From assembly GCA_963828195.1 (NCBI GenBank), contig CAWHDT010000005.1, forward strand, positions 96,001 through 160,000: 64,000 nt of DNA. Reading direction: 5' to 3'. How positions within the stretch are numbered: the stretch's first letter is position 1; every line of letters starts with the position of its first letter. This stretch comes from Candidatus Bathyarchaeota archaeon. GTDB taxonomy: Archaea; Thermoproteota; Bathyarchaeia; Bathyarchaeales; Bathycorpusculaceae. Shown piece by piece: positions 40,125 to 48,600 of this stretch. Made by a program: the position numbers and the translations under genes. The notes beneath the pieces are model-generated. The model saw only the letters and a program-made list of their open reading frames with translations, ran no database searches and was not told where the DNA came from.

Positions 40125-40382
40125 ATGTTCTTTATGAACAAATCAGAAGCTTTAGTGGTGTTGAGTGAGATTCGTGATGCCTTAAAGAAAGCGGAGGTCT
40201 CAAGCTGTGTTTCCCTCGATAACTCACAGGTATCTCACGTATCAACCGGCGGGTACGAAATAAAAATGAAATGCGAATTTGACAGCGTATCAAGGGATAT
40301 CATAAACGTCATACTGAAAAGAAATGCATTATACATGAAAGAACAAAACGGCTACGTAATTTTACGTTCCCTCAAAGACTAG
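40125..40382 (+). CDS. Hypothetical protein
   Basis: 85-aa ORF with MNKSEA..VL.EI / GYEIKMKC pattern. Confidence 0.6.
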   Translation: MFFMNKSEALVVLSEIRDALKKAEVSSCVSLDNSQVSHVSTGGYEIKMKCEFDSVSRDIINVILKRNALYMKEQNGYVILRSLKD

Positions 40383-40468
40383 TATGAAGTGACGAGCAAA
40401 CTCGCCTTTTTAATCGCATAACATTTCAGCCAAGTCATGTTGGTCCTGCGCATAGAGGCATCTTTTTG

Positions 40469-40558
40469 TGGGCGTGGTGTGTTGGTTGCAACCCGCCTTC
40501 TGTTATCTGTGGCATTCGGCTAATCGGGCTACCCACGCCTTCCGGTAGAAGCTTCATC
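40469..40558 (-). repeat. Duplicated 3' end of the RNase P RNA gene (att-like island boundary)
   Basis: Aligns to 45578-45666 with 6 differences over ~90 nt, same orientation. Confidence 0.9.
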
Positions 40559-40590
40559 AGGCTCTTCTCCATCTTAGTGATTAACCATAA

Positions 40591-40619
40591 AATTTATTTC
40601 TGTGGCAGAGAAATAAATT
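40591..40619 (+). promoter_or_regulatory. Palindromic operator of the TA operon
   Basis: AATTTATTTCT-gtggcag-AGAAATAAATT, perfect 11-bp arms just upstream of the antitoxin ATG. Confidence 0.65.
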
Positions 40620-40633
40620 ATCTGATAATAAAA

Positions 40634-40867
40634 ATGTCTGAAAAAGTAAAAGTTGGAATGCGCGGTCAACTGGTTATTCCAAAAAAGTTTCGCAAGAAAT
40701 ACAACATTGAAAATGGAATAATAGTTGAAATTGACGATACAGACAAAGGCTTACTTTTGAAACCGTTTGACCCAGTGGCTGAATTGAAAGGCATCGGAAA
40801 AGGCCTGTTTGGAGACCCAGTCAAATATCAAAAAAAGCTTCGCGAAGAATGGGACTCCGAGAAATGA
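40634..40867 (+). CDS. vapB: AbrB/MazE/SpoVT-type antitoxin
   Basis: VKVGMRGQLVIPKKFRKKYNI..G, LREEWD tail; ATGA overlap with the toxin. Confidence 0.9.
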   Translation: MSEKVKVGMRGQLVIPKKFRKKYNIENGIIVEIDDTDKGLLLKPFDPVAELKGIGKGLFGDPVKYQKKLREEWDSEK

Positions 40868-41277
40868 AGATTTGCTTAGACACCAACATTCTCATTTATT
40901 TTGTCGAAGGAGCCGAGCCTCAGGCGAGCAAAGTGGGGAAAATCCTTAGAGCATTTATGAAGGCTGAAGCGGAAGGAATCATTTCAACCATAACCGTAGG
41001 CGAAGTCTTAACAGGCGTCTACAAGTCAGAAGACAAAAGCAAACCCACAGTAGTAAAAAAGTTACTGAACGATTTAACTCTTAACAGCCTCAAAATAGTG
41101 CCCGTCACCTTTGAAATTGCAGACTTAGCCGCCGACCTTAGATCAAAAAGAGGCGGAAAACTCCCCGACGCCTTAATTGTCGCCACAGCACTCAACCAAA
41201 AAGCCGAAATAGTTTACTCACAGGATAAAGACCTGCAACGCTTCAACAAAGACGCAAAAATCTGTGAACTGCCATAA
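40864..41277 (+). CDS. vapC: PIN-domain toxin
   Basis: LDTNILIY, STITVGEV, LPDALIVATA, SQDKDL. Confidence 0.92.
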   Translation: MKICLDTNILIYFVEGAEPQASKVGKILRAFMKAEAEGIISTITVGEVLTGVYKSEDKSKPTVVKKLLNDLTLNSLKIVPVTFEIADLAADLRSKRGGKLPDALIVATALNQKAEIVYSQDKDLQRFNKDAKICELP

Positions 41278-41544
41278 AGCGCTCTTACCGCAGGGCAGGG
41301 CAGGCCAGCCGCCGTAGTTTTTAACTATGTCTGGGAAGCGAAGTTTTTGCTAGTGTTTTATAGTGAGCTGGAATATTGCCAGCCACGCATTCGTTATTTG
41401 CAAAATCGTATAAACAAAGTCATAATGCGAAACCGAAAACTGCTTATACAATGCTGCCTCAGGTAAGGGATTAATGGAAACAATGGTTCCATGCCCGATA
41501 AGAAATCAAATTCTTAGAATCATAAAATTATTAGAGGAAAAAAA

Positions 41545-41709
41545 ATGACAACGAAAAAATCCAAAGTAGTTAGCTTAACAAAAACAACAGACTTTAAATA
41601 TAGACTCAAAGAGCGCCAAAAGAAAAATCGAAGCGCCAACAAAACAATTGAGACATTTTTACCCATTTCAAACGAAGAGACACCCAAAAAAACAACTAAC
41701 CATAGTTGA
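41545..41709 (+). CDS. 54-aa basic hypothetical protein
   Basis: GAGGA RBS, MTTKKSKVVSLTKTTDFKYRLKERQKKNRS...; no family recognised. Confidence 0.35.
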   Translation: MTTKKSKVVSLTKTTDFKYRLKERQKKNRSANKTIETFLPISNEETPKKTTNHS

Positions 41710-42237
41710 TGTGTACTTTTCTCTGAATTTGCCTTTAAGAAGCCGCCACCTTGACAGTAAACTCCCAAATAAGGTACAGATTAACGTTTAACCAACAAAC
41801 TTACGGGTTTCCAAATTTAGTTTAAACCCTTGCCGATGAAAAGTAGAATGTCCTACTATAAATTATCTTCGGTGACTTTGCTCAAAGGTTTGTCTTTAGA
41901 AGTCATTGTTTTGGTTTTTCTTATTGAGTTTTCCCAGCGAATCAACTGGGTAACCCCAGAAAAATAAGATAAAAACCCTTTTACACGTGCGCTTTCATTA
42001 TAGCATATCTGAAAAGACGCAGTAACCAAGCTTATTACGTCGGATATTTCCGTTTTTAAGGTTTTTCCGCGCTAATTTGTTCATTAACTATTATTGTTAG
42101 CATGCCTTCTCAAAACTTGCTATTTTCATCTCAATTTGCCTCATAAAGCTTTGCCGACGTAGGCTTTTTTTTTAATTGTAACAGTTATAGATTACTTTAT
42201 AAGCTGCCGCAAGACATAAGATACATAGGTTGTTTTT

Positions 42238-43440
42238 ATGAGCGAAACTCCCAAAACTTCTCGAGAGACTGAAACCCGTACTCGTGCGCGAAAAAAGAAA
42301 AATTTAGCCCTTGAAAGTCTAACCATTTGGGTTTTGCCTTTCAATCGGGCGCTCCTTAATCTTCAGGAACTCCATCGACGAAGTATTAGCAGTACCAAGC
42401 CCGCTCAAATCTCGGTTTTATCGGAAGTTTCGGCCAAACATGCCCAAAAATTATTTCTAGAGGGATTGGGCTCTATGTTAGGTCAACTGGCTGTGATACC
42501 AGATGAGGGAAGGCGAAATTTCCTAAACCACATTTTGTCATTTGCAAACGAGAGCAGTTCGTTTGATGGTTTGCAGTCACTGTTTGTCAGCGCGTTGCAC
42601 TCAGTGGCAGCTCAAGGGAATGCTGAGGAGGTCCACAAGGCCAGTGAAGTTTGGAAGCGTGTTGGCCCCGCCGAACAAATCGATGGTGGAATATATGCTA
42701 ATGCTTTTCTGAATACAAGCTCCGATACGATATGGATGTTGAATCAACCTACCGTTGCCAGCCTAGTGGATTCAATAATAGACGATTCGAATTTTGAGTT
42801 CACAGTGTCCGGGAGCGACGGGAACGGAGACACCATTATAAACAGTGGGGTCAACAGCGTAGGTTTAACGAGTTGGGAAAATATCCACGGAGGAGATCCT
42901 TTCGAGGGAGATGACGATGATGACGATGATGACGATGATGACGATGATGACGATGATGACGATGATCAACCAGCGCCAGGGCCGAGTTGGTCCGCTTGGA
43001 CCTGGGGGAAAGGATTGATTTGCAGTACAGCTATGAAGTTGGCTTGTGGTGGTGCTTCTGAGGTTCCGTTGATAGCGGGTGGTTGTTGGCTAGCCACAAG
43101 TGCTTTATGTTCTTATTGGGCTAGCCATACTGCTGGCGGAGGTCCCGGCGGTGGGGATCCGGAACCAGCTTTTTCAAACGATAATGAAGTGGACGCCGCA
43201 CTTGTGGGTGGTGCCCCATCCGTACAAGTCATGATTCCAGCGGTAGCGGGATCAGATTCTTTAGTTGGCATGTCAATGGCTGGAATTCCGCGCGTTTCTA
43301 ATAATGCGACGACATTATCGGAAGCGGGAGTGCTTTCAGCAACAACTTCAAGAGGAGCAATGCCGGGTGATGACGACGTCCCCGATCCTAATACGGGCCC
43401 TCGCGTAGCTAGAGCGCACGCACGACCCAGACACGAATAG
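42238..43440 (+). CDS. Orphan protein with poly-Asp tract and Cys/Trp-rich core (candidate precursor peptide)
   Basis: 400-aa ORF; TTTATAAG and AGGT upstream; D19 tract followed by Cx7Cx12Cx7C. Confidence 0.75.
   Translation: MSETPKTSRETETRTRARKKKNLALESLTIWVLPFNRALLNLQELHRRSISSTKPAQISVLSEVSAKHAQKLFLEGLGSMLGQLAVIPDEGRRNFLNHILSFANESSSFDGLQSLFVSALHSVAAQGNAEEVHKASEVWKRVGPAEQIDGGIYANAFLNTSSDTIWMLNQPTVASLVDSIIDDSNFEFTVSGSDGNGDTIINSGVNSVGLTSWENIHGGDPFEGDDDDDDDDDDDDDDDDDDDQPAPGPSWSAWTWGKGLICSTAMKLACGGASEVPLIAGGCWLATSALCSYWASHTAGGGPGGGDPEPAFSNDNEVDAALVGGAPSVQVMIPAVAGSDSLVGMSMAGIPRVSNNATTLSEAGVLSATTSRGAMPGDDDVPDPNTGPRVARAHARPRHE
42910..42966 (+). repeat. Coding microsatellite (GATGACGAT)x6+GAT = Asp19
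   Basis: Six perfect 9-nt units read directly from the sequence. Confidence 0.95.
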
Positions 43441-43588
43441 CTGGTGAGCATTCTACTCACATAGCAAGGTATTGCAAGCGAGTAACCGAATACGTGATTG
43501 TTGGATGCGGAGACACAGAGGGCTACCTTATCAACTCTAGCATGTTTTCTTTGCAGAATTGAATCCTGTCACTTGACGAGAGGCGACC

Positions 43589-45334
43589 TTGATAAACAGC
43601 CCTAATAATCGCGAGGTATCGGCGCTATTTAATATTGTACGCAAAGTGATTGCTGCGAGACTCATGGGCCTGGAATTCAAAATTAGTCCAGTGGATGAAT
43701 CAGATCAAAAGACAATCGTTAACATTACAATTCGCATACATGGCAAAGTATGTGGATCGATGAGTGGAAATGACTCAACGCTATCCCAGGCAGTTTCAAT
43801 CGCAGCATGGCGGGCTGCTGGTGACAATAGGTTTGGTCCACCTATATCACACGTTGATTTTCCGGAATCCACTTTGGAATTGTGGATTCAGAAGAGCAGC
43901 GAACCTCTTCCCGTTCGTGAAGTCACAAATATCGACATGGGGTTGGATGGCATAGAGTTGAGGAGGGGCGACAAATTCGCTTACTTTAAACCATCTGTTC
44001 CTCTCACAAGTGAGATAAAAAGTAGCGTCCGCCTTTTACGAAAGCTATCCCGGAAGGCAGGTCTGAGCCCAGAACAATGGCGTCATGAAGGAACAACATT
44101 GAGGCGCACAAGATGGGATCATTATATTGAGACCACAGGGCAGAAATCTGGGGTGTTGCAACTGCACCGATTGCGTCCTATCAATCCACTTGAGCCTACA
44201 AAAAAGAACGTGTCACAATTTCTTAGACTTGCTCAGAACAGGCTCCTAAATGTGCAATCGAATGATGGGTTATACTTGTACAAGTACCAACCCTTCTCAG
44301 AAAAAGCATCAGGAAGTCGAATGCATGTAGTTCGCCAAGCTGGTTGCACGTACGCAATAGCAGCCGCGGCAGCGCAGGAAACAGATAAAGAAAGAGCCGC
44401 AGTACTTGAAGAAAGTGCCGTCCGAGGAGTTAAATTCCTCTTGAGATTTAGCTCTTTCACTCCTAAAGGAGGTCTATATCTCGATGAAGCAGAAACGCAT
44501 GGATCATCAAATCGCCCCAAGCTGGGCTCAGCCGCTCTCCTCCTGTTGGCATTGCAGTTTGGTCAGCTTGCGCATAAATTTGACCGAGAGCGGGCGTCGC
44601 TCGTCACAGCTATACTCAATCTTCAGAACTCTGACGGCTCATTTCGATGTTATTTTAACAGCAGTTCTCATTTAGGCGATGGAGCATCTCAAAACTTCTT
44701 TCCCGGCGAGGCGCTTCTTGCGCTTACTCACGAAGCACGACGTGGTCGAGCCGATTGCAGAGAAGCTGTAGAGCGGGCTTTTCACTGGTACAGGGAATAC
44801 TTTGGGCGAAGCCCAGCGACAGCCTTTGTCCCGTGGCAGGTTGATACTTGGCGGCGGGCTTTTGAGTGGGATTCGAGTTCTAACGAATCAATTCTCCACG
44901 ATTCCGAAGGTTATCCCGAATTCGTGTTCAAGATGATTGATTGGCTGTTGCAGTTCCAGCTGGGCGTGGATACTGAACCTTGGGACTCAGTTGGCGGATT
45001 CTCTTACAGAAATTCCGTGCCGGGATATTCCACTGCAACTTATGCTGAAGCAATTATCCGAGCGTATGGACTTTCGAAACACCTAAGACAAAGCGAAAGG
45101 ATGTTACGATATGCTCAGTCCTCGCTCTTGGCACTGCGTTTTCTGCTCCGGCTTCAGATTAATCCGGATACCGCTCCGCTATTTCCTGATCCCGCTCGCG
45201 CAGTTGGTGGCACGACGTCTAGTCTGAAGAATTTTATGATTCGAAGTGATTTTGATCAGCATACTATTACCGCGTTGATGGCTGCGTTAGAAGCGGCTGG
45301 TCTACTCGAAGTCAATGGAGCTCTTCCAAATTAG
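43589..45334 (+). CDS. AMMECR1 domain fused to an alpha/alpha-toroid (prenyltransferase/LanC-like fold) domain
   Basis: ITIRIHGKVCGSMS, AAGDNRFGPP, GLDGI...YFKPSV, LSRKAG (AMMECR1); VQSNDGLY, RQAG, KLGSAALLLLAL, LQNSDGSF, FPGEALLAL helical repeats; GAGAGG before TTG. Confidence 0.8.
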   Translation: MINSPNNREVSALFNIVRKVIAARLMGLEFKISPVDESDQKTIVNITIRIHGKVCGSMSGNDSTLSQAVSIAAWRAAGDNRFGPPISHVDFPESTLELWIQKSSEPLPVREVTNIDMGLDGIELRRGDKFAYFKPSVPLTSEIKSSVRLLRKLSRKAGLSPEQWRHEGTTLRRTRWDHYIETTGQKSGVLQLHRLRPINPLEPTKKNVSQFLRLAQNRLLNVQSNDGLYLYKYQPFSEKASGSRMHVVRQAGCTYAIAAAAAQETDKERAAVLEESAVRGVKFLLRFSSFTPKGGLYLDEAETHGSSNRPKLGSAALLLLALQFGQLAHKFDRERASLVTAILNLQNSDGSFRCYFNSSSHLGDGASQNFFPGEALLALTHEARRGRADCREAVERAFHWYREYFGRSPATAFVPWQVDTWRRAFEWDSSSNESILHDSEGYPEFVFKMIDWLLQFQLGVDTEPWDSVGGFSYRNSVPGYSTATYAEAIIRAYGLSKHLRQSERMLRYAQSSLLALRFLLRLQINPDTAPLFPDPARAVGGTTSSLKNFMIRSDFDQHTITALMAALEAAGLLEVNGALPN

Positions 45335-45578
45335 GCTTGCGTTTGGAACCATTCACCTTTTCCGTGAGATAATTGGGAGTAGTCGCTCAAAAGTTTGCGC
45401 GCAGTTTCAATCGCAACTAACTAAAAACAGATCGAACTGATGCGGAAAAAAGTTGGTGCGGAGGGTTAGGTTTACATTCACGTTTAAATGAACCCCTTGG
45501 AGCTTCATTCTCGTCTTGTTAAACTTTCGTTTGGCGTATTGGCTTTTTGAAATCTTCTGATGTTTACAACAAAGATTT

Positions 45579-45896
45579 GGGCGTGGTGTGTTGGTTGTAA
45601 CCCGCCTTCTGTTGTTGTGGCATTCGGCTAATCGGGCTACCCGCGCCTTCCGGTAGATTCTTCATCGGCGACTGTTTGCCCTTTCCACTTGCAGGACGGC
45701 CGTTTCACCGTTTCCAGTCTGGCGCACTCTGCGTCACTAACGCGTCATTGCCTATCCAGTTGGACGTTTCGTTTCTGCTCCGTTGCCAACGCTCTCGCGT
45801 TGCCCCAACGACGGGGCTGCAATTCTACATGTGGGCGGAGTTTCCTCAGACCCGCATTTTTTTGGGTCCGACAGCCACACACCAACTCGCCAGCCC
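45579..45896 (-). ncRNA. rnpB: Archaeal RNase P RNA
   Basis: Minus strand reads GAGGAAACTCCGCCCAC (CR-I), GCAGAAACG, GGTGAAACGGCC, AACAGAAGGCGGGTTAC (CR-V); P1 GTTGGT/ACCAAC, P2 GTGGC/GCCAC, P3 GGACCC/GGGTCT. Confidence 0.92.
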
Positions 45897-45953
45897 AAAG
45901 GCATAAGCGTAATCGGAAGCAATAAGAATTTCCCAACCCATCAAGTATAACCC

Positions 45954-46541
45954 ATGACTAAACGTGTCATCCTCATAACAGGCACACCCGCGGTAGGCAA
46001 AACAACCACAGCGAAACAGCTAACCAAAATGCTGCCTGATGCCCTCTACATTAACTTGACCAACTACGCCAAAACCTACAAACTAACACAGGGCGAGGAC
46101 ACAGAGCGAAAAACAACCATAATTAACGAAGACAAAATGCGCACAAAACTCGCAGAAACCATCAACACCGCCGACGAAGCAGACATAATCATTGATGGGC
46201 ACTACGCCGCCGCAGTGACCCCCACGGAGCTGGTTTCCAAAGTGTTTGTTCTGCGCCGAAACCCCAAAGAGCTAAAGCGGTTCATGGAGAGATGCGGTTT
46301 TGAAGATGCAAAGCTTTGGGAGAACCTGTCAGCCGAGATCCTGGATGTCTGCCTAATTGAGGCGTTGCAGATGCAGGCGGGCAAAGTCTGCGAGTTGGAT
46401 GTGACGGGCAAATCAGTTGAGGATGTTGTGAAGGACATTTTGGATGTTTTGGATAGGGACAAAAAATGCTTTAGCGGCGTTGTGGATTGGCTGGGGATGC
46501 TTGAGCGAGAAAGCTTAACCGACCAGTACTTAAAAGCTTAA
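45954..46541 (+). CDS. Adenylate kinase, AK6/Fap7 type
   Basis: LITGTPAVGKTT, IIDGHY, KLWEN.SAEILDVC.IEA, VDWL. Confidence 0.9.
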   Translation: MTKRVILITGTPAVGKTTTAKQLTKMLPDALYINLTNYAKTYKLTQGEDTERKTTIINEDKMRTKLAETINTADEADIIIDGHYAAAVTPTELVSKVFVLRRNPKELKRFMERCGFEDAKLWENLSAEILDVCLIEALQMQAGKVCELDVTGKSVEDVVKDILDVLDRDKKCFSGVVDWLGMLERESLTDQYLKA

Positions 46542-46562
46542 TGATGGAAAGCAAGCGCTATT

Positions 46563-47561
46563 TTAAGCACTTGACCTTAACCATCCTCTTCGTTTGAAAA
46601 GCAGCGTAAGGGTCAAAGCAACAGCAACCATTATTGCAATCATAACGTAGAAGCCGTAGGGATTAGTTGTTCCAGGAATAAATCCTGATTTGAAACTCGT
46701 TCCATAAATTCCAGCAATCAAACTCAGCGGAAGAAAAATAGCTGAAATTATCGTGAGAACCCTAATTATGTTGTTAGTTGTTACTGTTTGAGCGTTGACC
46801 AAGGTGTCTCGGATGTTGCCCATTTCTTCCCTGTGGGCATCGACAACCTCCACCAGCTGAATTGTTCGGTCATAGAGGTCTGCGAAACGGGGAAGGTTCA
46901 CTCCTTGCACAAGCGCAAATTCTCCCCTTGTTATTCTTCCCATGATTTCGCGAAGCGGACTCAAACTCTGCCTAAGAGCCACCAGCCGCTCTCTTAGCTT
47001 AAAAACTTCAGTCCCAAAACTGCCCGATAGCCTTGACCCTTGTCTGAAGAACCCGAAGGCTTCCAGATTAAACGCATTAATCTTGTCGAACACCGCGTCT
47101 GAAACTGGGTAATATTCACTCGTGACTAAATCCAAGAAAATATATAGCATAATATCCGTTGAGGGCACAAGTGAAAGCGAGAAATAGCCGTGCGTGCCTA
47201 TTTTTTTGTAAACAGCACAAGTCAAATCTGAATAGCCCTTATGCAGCGTTATTATCCATCTTGAACAAACAAGCATCGCCAAACGTTCCATTTTCCCATC
47301 AGAAATAAAACTTTCCCGATTCGGAAAATTAAGAAGACAGAACACGCGATCTTCATGCTCATCAATTCTTGAACGAACCCCTTCATCAGTAAGTTCCTGA
47401 ACGTTGTGTTCATCTATGGCAAAATAGTCCTCCAGCTCTTTCATTTCGGAATCAGTCGGGTCTTGGGCATCTACCCATAGAACTTCAGCTTTACCAATTT
47501 CTTCAGGCAAAACCTCTAAATTTCCCGATTGCCATCTGCCTTCTTCGTGTTGCTTGAGCAA
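46563..47561 (-). CDS. corA: CorA-family Mg/Co transporter
   Basis: WVDAQDPT, NNIIRVLTIISAIFLPLSLIAGIYGTSF (GMN replaced by GTS), two C-terminal TMs. Confidence 0.88.
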   Translation of the reverse strand: MLKQHEEGRWQSGNLEVLPEEIGKAEVLWVDAQDPTDSEMKELEDYFAIDEHNVQELTDEGVRSRIDEHEDRVFCLLNFPNRESFISDGKMERLAMLVCSRWIITLHKGYSDLTCAVYKKIGTHGYFSLSLVPSTDIMLYIFLDLVTSEYYPVSDAVFDKINAFNLEAFGFFRQGSRLSGSFGTEVFKLRERLVALRQSLSPLREIMGRITRGEFALVQGVNLPRFADLYDRTIQLVEVVDAHREEMGNIRDTLVNAQTVTTNNIIRVLTIISAIFLPLSLIAGIYGTSFKSGFIPGTTNPYGFYVMIAIMVAVALTLTLLFKRRGWLRSSA

Positions 47562-47791
47562 AGTAATTGTCAGCAGCTGCCATCCACCGAATAAACTTAA
47601 TGAGAATTCTCCTTTGTAAACCTAACCATCTTTTACAGAGACACACGGATAAATGGTACAACCGAAATCGAAACGATTACTTTGATTGATCCGGAACCAA
47701 AAAACCAGCCTAAAACAAGACCTAAACGCAAACTAGCCTACCTATAGACCTGCCTGCTATTTGCACGAAAAATTAGCTACAAAAAGAAACG

Positions 47792-47903
47792 GGAAGAAGA
47801 AGAAGAAAAATTGTTTTCTGAGGCTTCTTCTTCTTCTTTTAAAAATAAATATTGCCGAGAAGAACAACATTCATTTTTTAGGTGTTGTTGTTCTTTCAAA
47901 ATT
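47792..47903. repeat. Dispersed tandem-hairpin repeat, copy 2 (inverted relative to 8082-8183)
   Basis: Reverse complement reads AATTTTGAAAGAACAACAACACCTAAAAAATGAATGTTGTTCTTCTCGGCAATA...AAAAGAAGAAGAAGAAGCCT. Confidence 0.8.
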
Positions 47904-47953
47904 AAAATCGGTAAAAAAATTCAGCTACAAAAAGCGCCATGCAAAAGCGCAGG

Positions 47954-48316
47954 CTATCTGAAGCTGCCGATTTTCTGCTTGGTAAGCAAAGTGATTTTTC
48001 GGCGGTTGCTGTAGGATTTGGCGTGGTCGCTGAATTTGTCGCCGATCATGATGGGGCTGCCTAACCCGACGTCTTCGGACGATGAGTCTAAAGCTATGAT
48101 TACGTTTACGCCTATAGTGCGGTTCCAATCTCTGACCCAAACACCCTGCTCCACGCGTCCCTTCTGCACTGTTAGGTCAAAATGGCGTCTTTCGCCGCTG
48201 TAGCCTTCAAGCACAATATTTTCCCTGTTAACTTTGTAACCTTCTTTTTTGAAGTACTGAATTGCCAGATCCAGCAGGTTGGACCTCGGCTTGATTTGTT
48301 CTTCTCCAATGCTCAT
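47954..48316 (-). CDS. Mrr-like restriction-endonuclease-fold protein
   Basis: YFKKEGYKV, LEGYSG..RHFDL, IGVNVI, FSDHAKSYS...ITLL; canonical ExK not evident. Confidence 0.65.
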   Translation of the reverse strand: MSIGEEQIKPRSNLLDLAIQYFKKEGYKVNRENIVLEGYSGERRHFDLTVQKGRVEQGVWVRDWNRTIGVNVIIALDSSSEDVGLGSPIMIGDKFSDHAKSYSNRRKITLLTKQKIGSFR

Positions 48317-48384
48317 ATGACTGCGTCTTCCTGCTAAACCTTATGAACCTGTGTGGGGAAAAGGCTTTCGGAAGTAAAACGGAA

Positions 48385-48600
48385 ATGGCGACAACGCTAA
48401 TCATAAAGTGCCCGCAATGCGGAGGTTTAATGATGGCTGCAAAAGGGCAAAAGACGAAACTGTGCCCGTACTGCGGCGCACGCGTCGATGTGTTGCGGGC
48501 GCAGAGGGTGGCTTCAGCAAGCAACGCCTTTAAAGCCTCTGTTATGCTTCGAAAACTGAAAAGTGAACTGGGATTTCCCGATAAAGACACTGACTTTTAA
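48385..48600 (+). CDS. DUF1922 zinc-ribbon protein
   Basis: CPQCG...QKTKLCPYCG. Confidence 0.8.
   Translation: MATTLIIKCPQCGGLMMAAKGQKTKLCPYCGARVDVLRAQRVASASNAFKASVMLRKLKSELGFPDKDTDF

Larger units (their letters stand above)
40469..45666. mobile_element. Integrase-less genomic island inserted at the 3' end of rnpB
   Basis: ~90-bp direct repeats at both ends, one being the 3' part of the intact RNase P RNA; cargo is a TA pair and an orphan two-gene cassette. Confidence 0.7.

Noticed and set aside
40466-40633. N-terminal extension of the antitoxin ORF
   Set aside because: It translates the antisense rnpB fragment and the operator; the AbrB fold starts at ATG 40634
43438-43589. Pyrrolysine readthrough of the TAG fusing the two island genes
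   Set aside because: The two genes are in different frames and the second has its own RBS
40560-45578. Integrase or transposase within the island
   Set aside because: No ORF with tyrosine/serine recombinase or DDE motifs is visible; mobility is inferred only from the flanking repeats
45676-45936. Three short ORFs (76, 78 and 63 aa)
   Set aside because: They overlap the RNase P RNA gene; open frames are expected by chance in GC-rich structural RNA
47761-48014. 66-aa and 67-aa ORFs
   Set aside because: Low-complexity translations of the GAA/CTT repeat element
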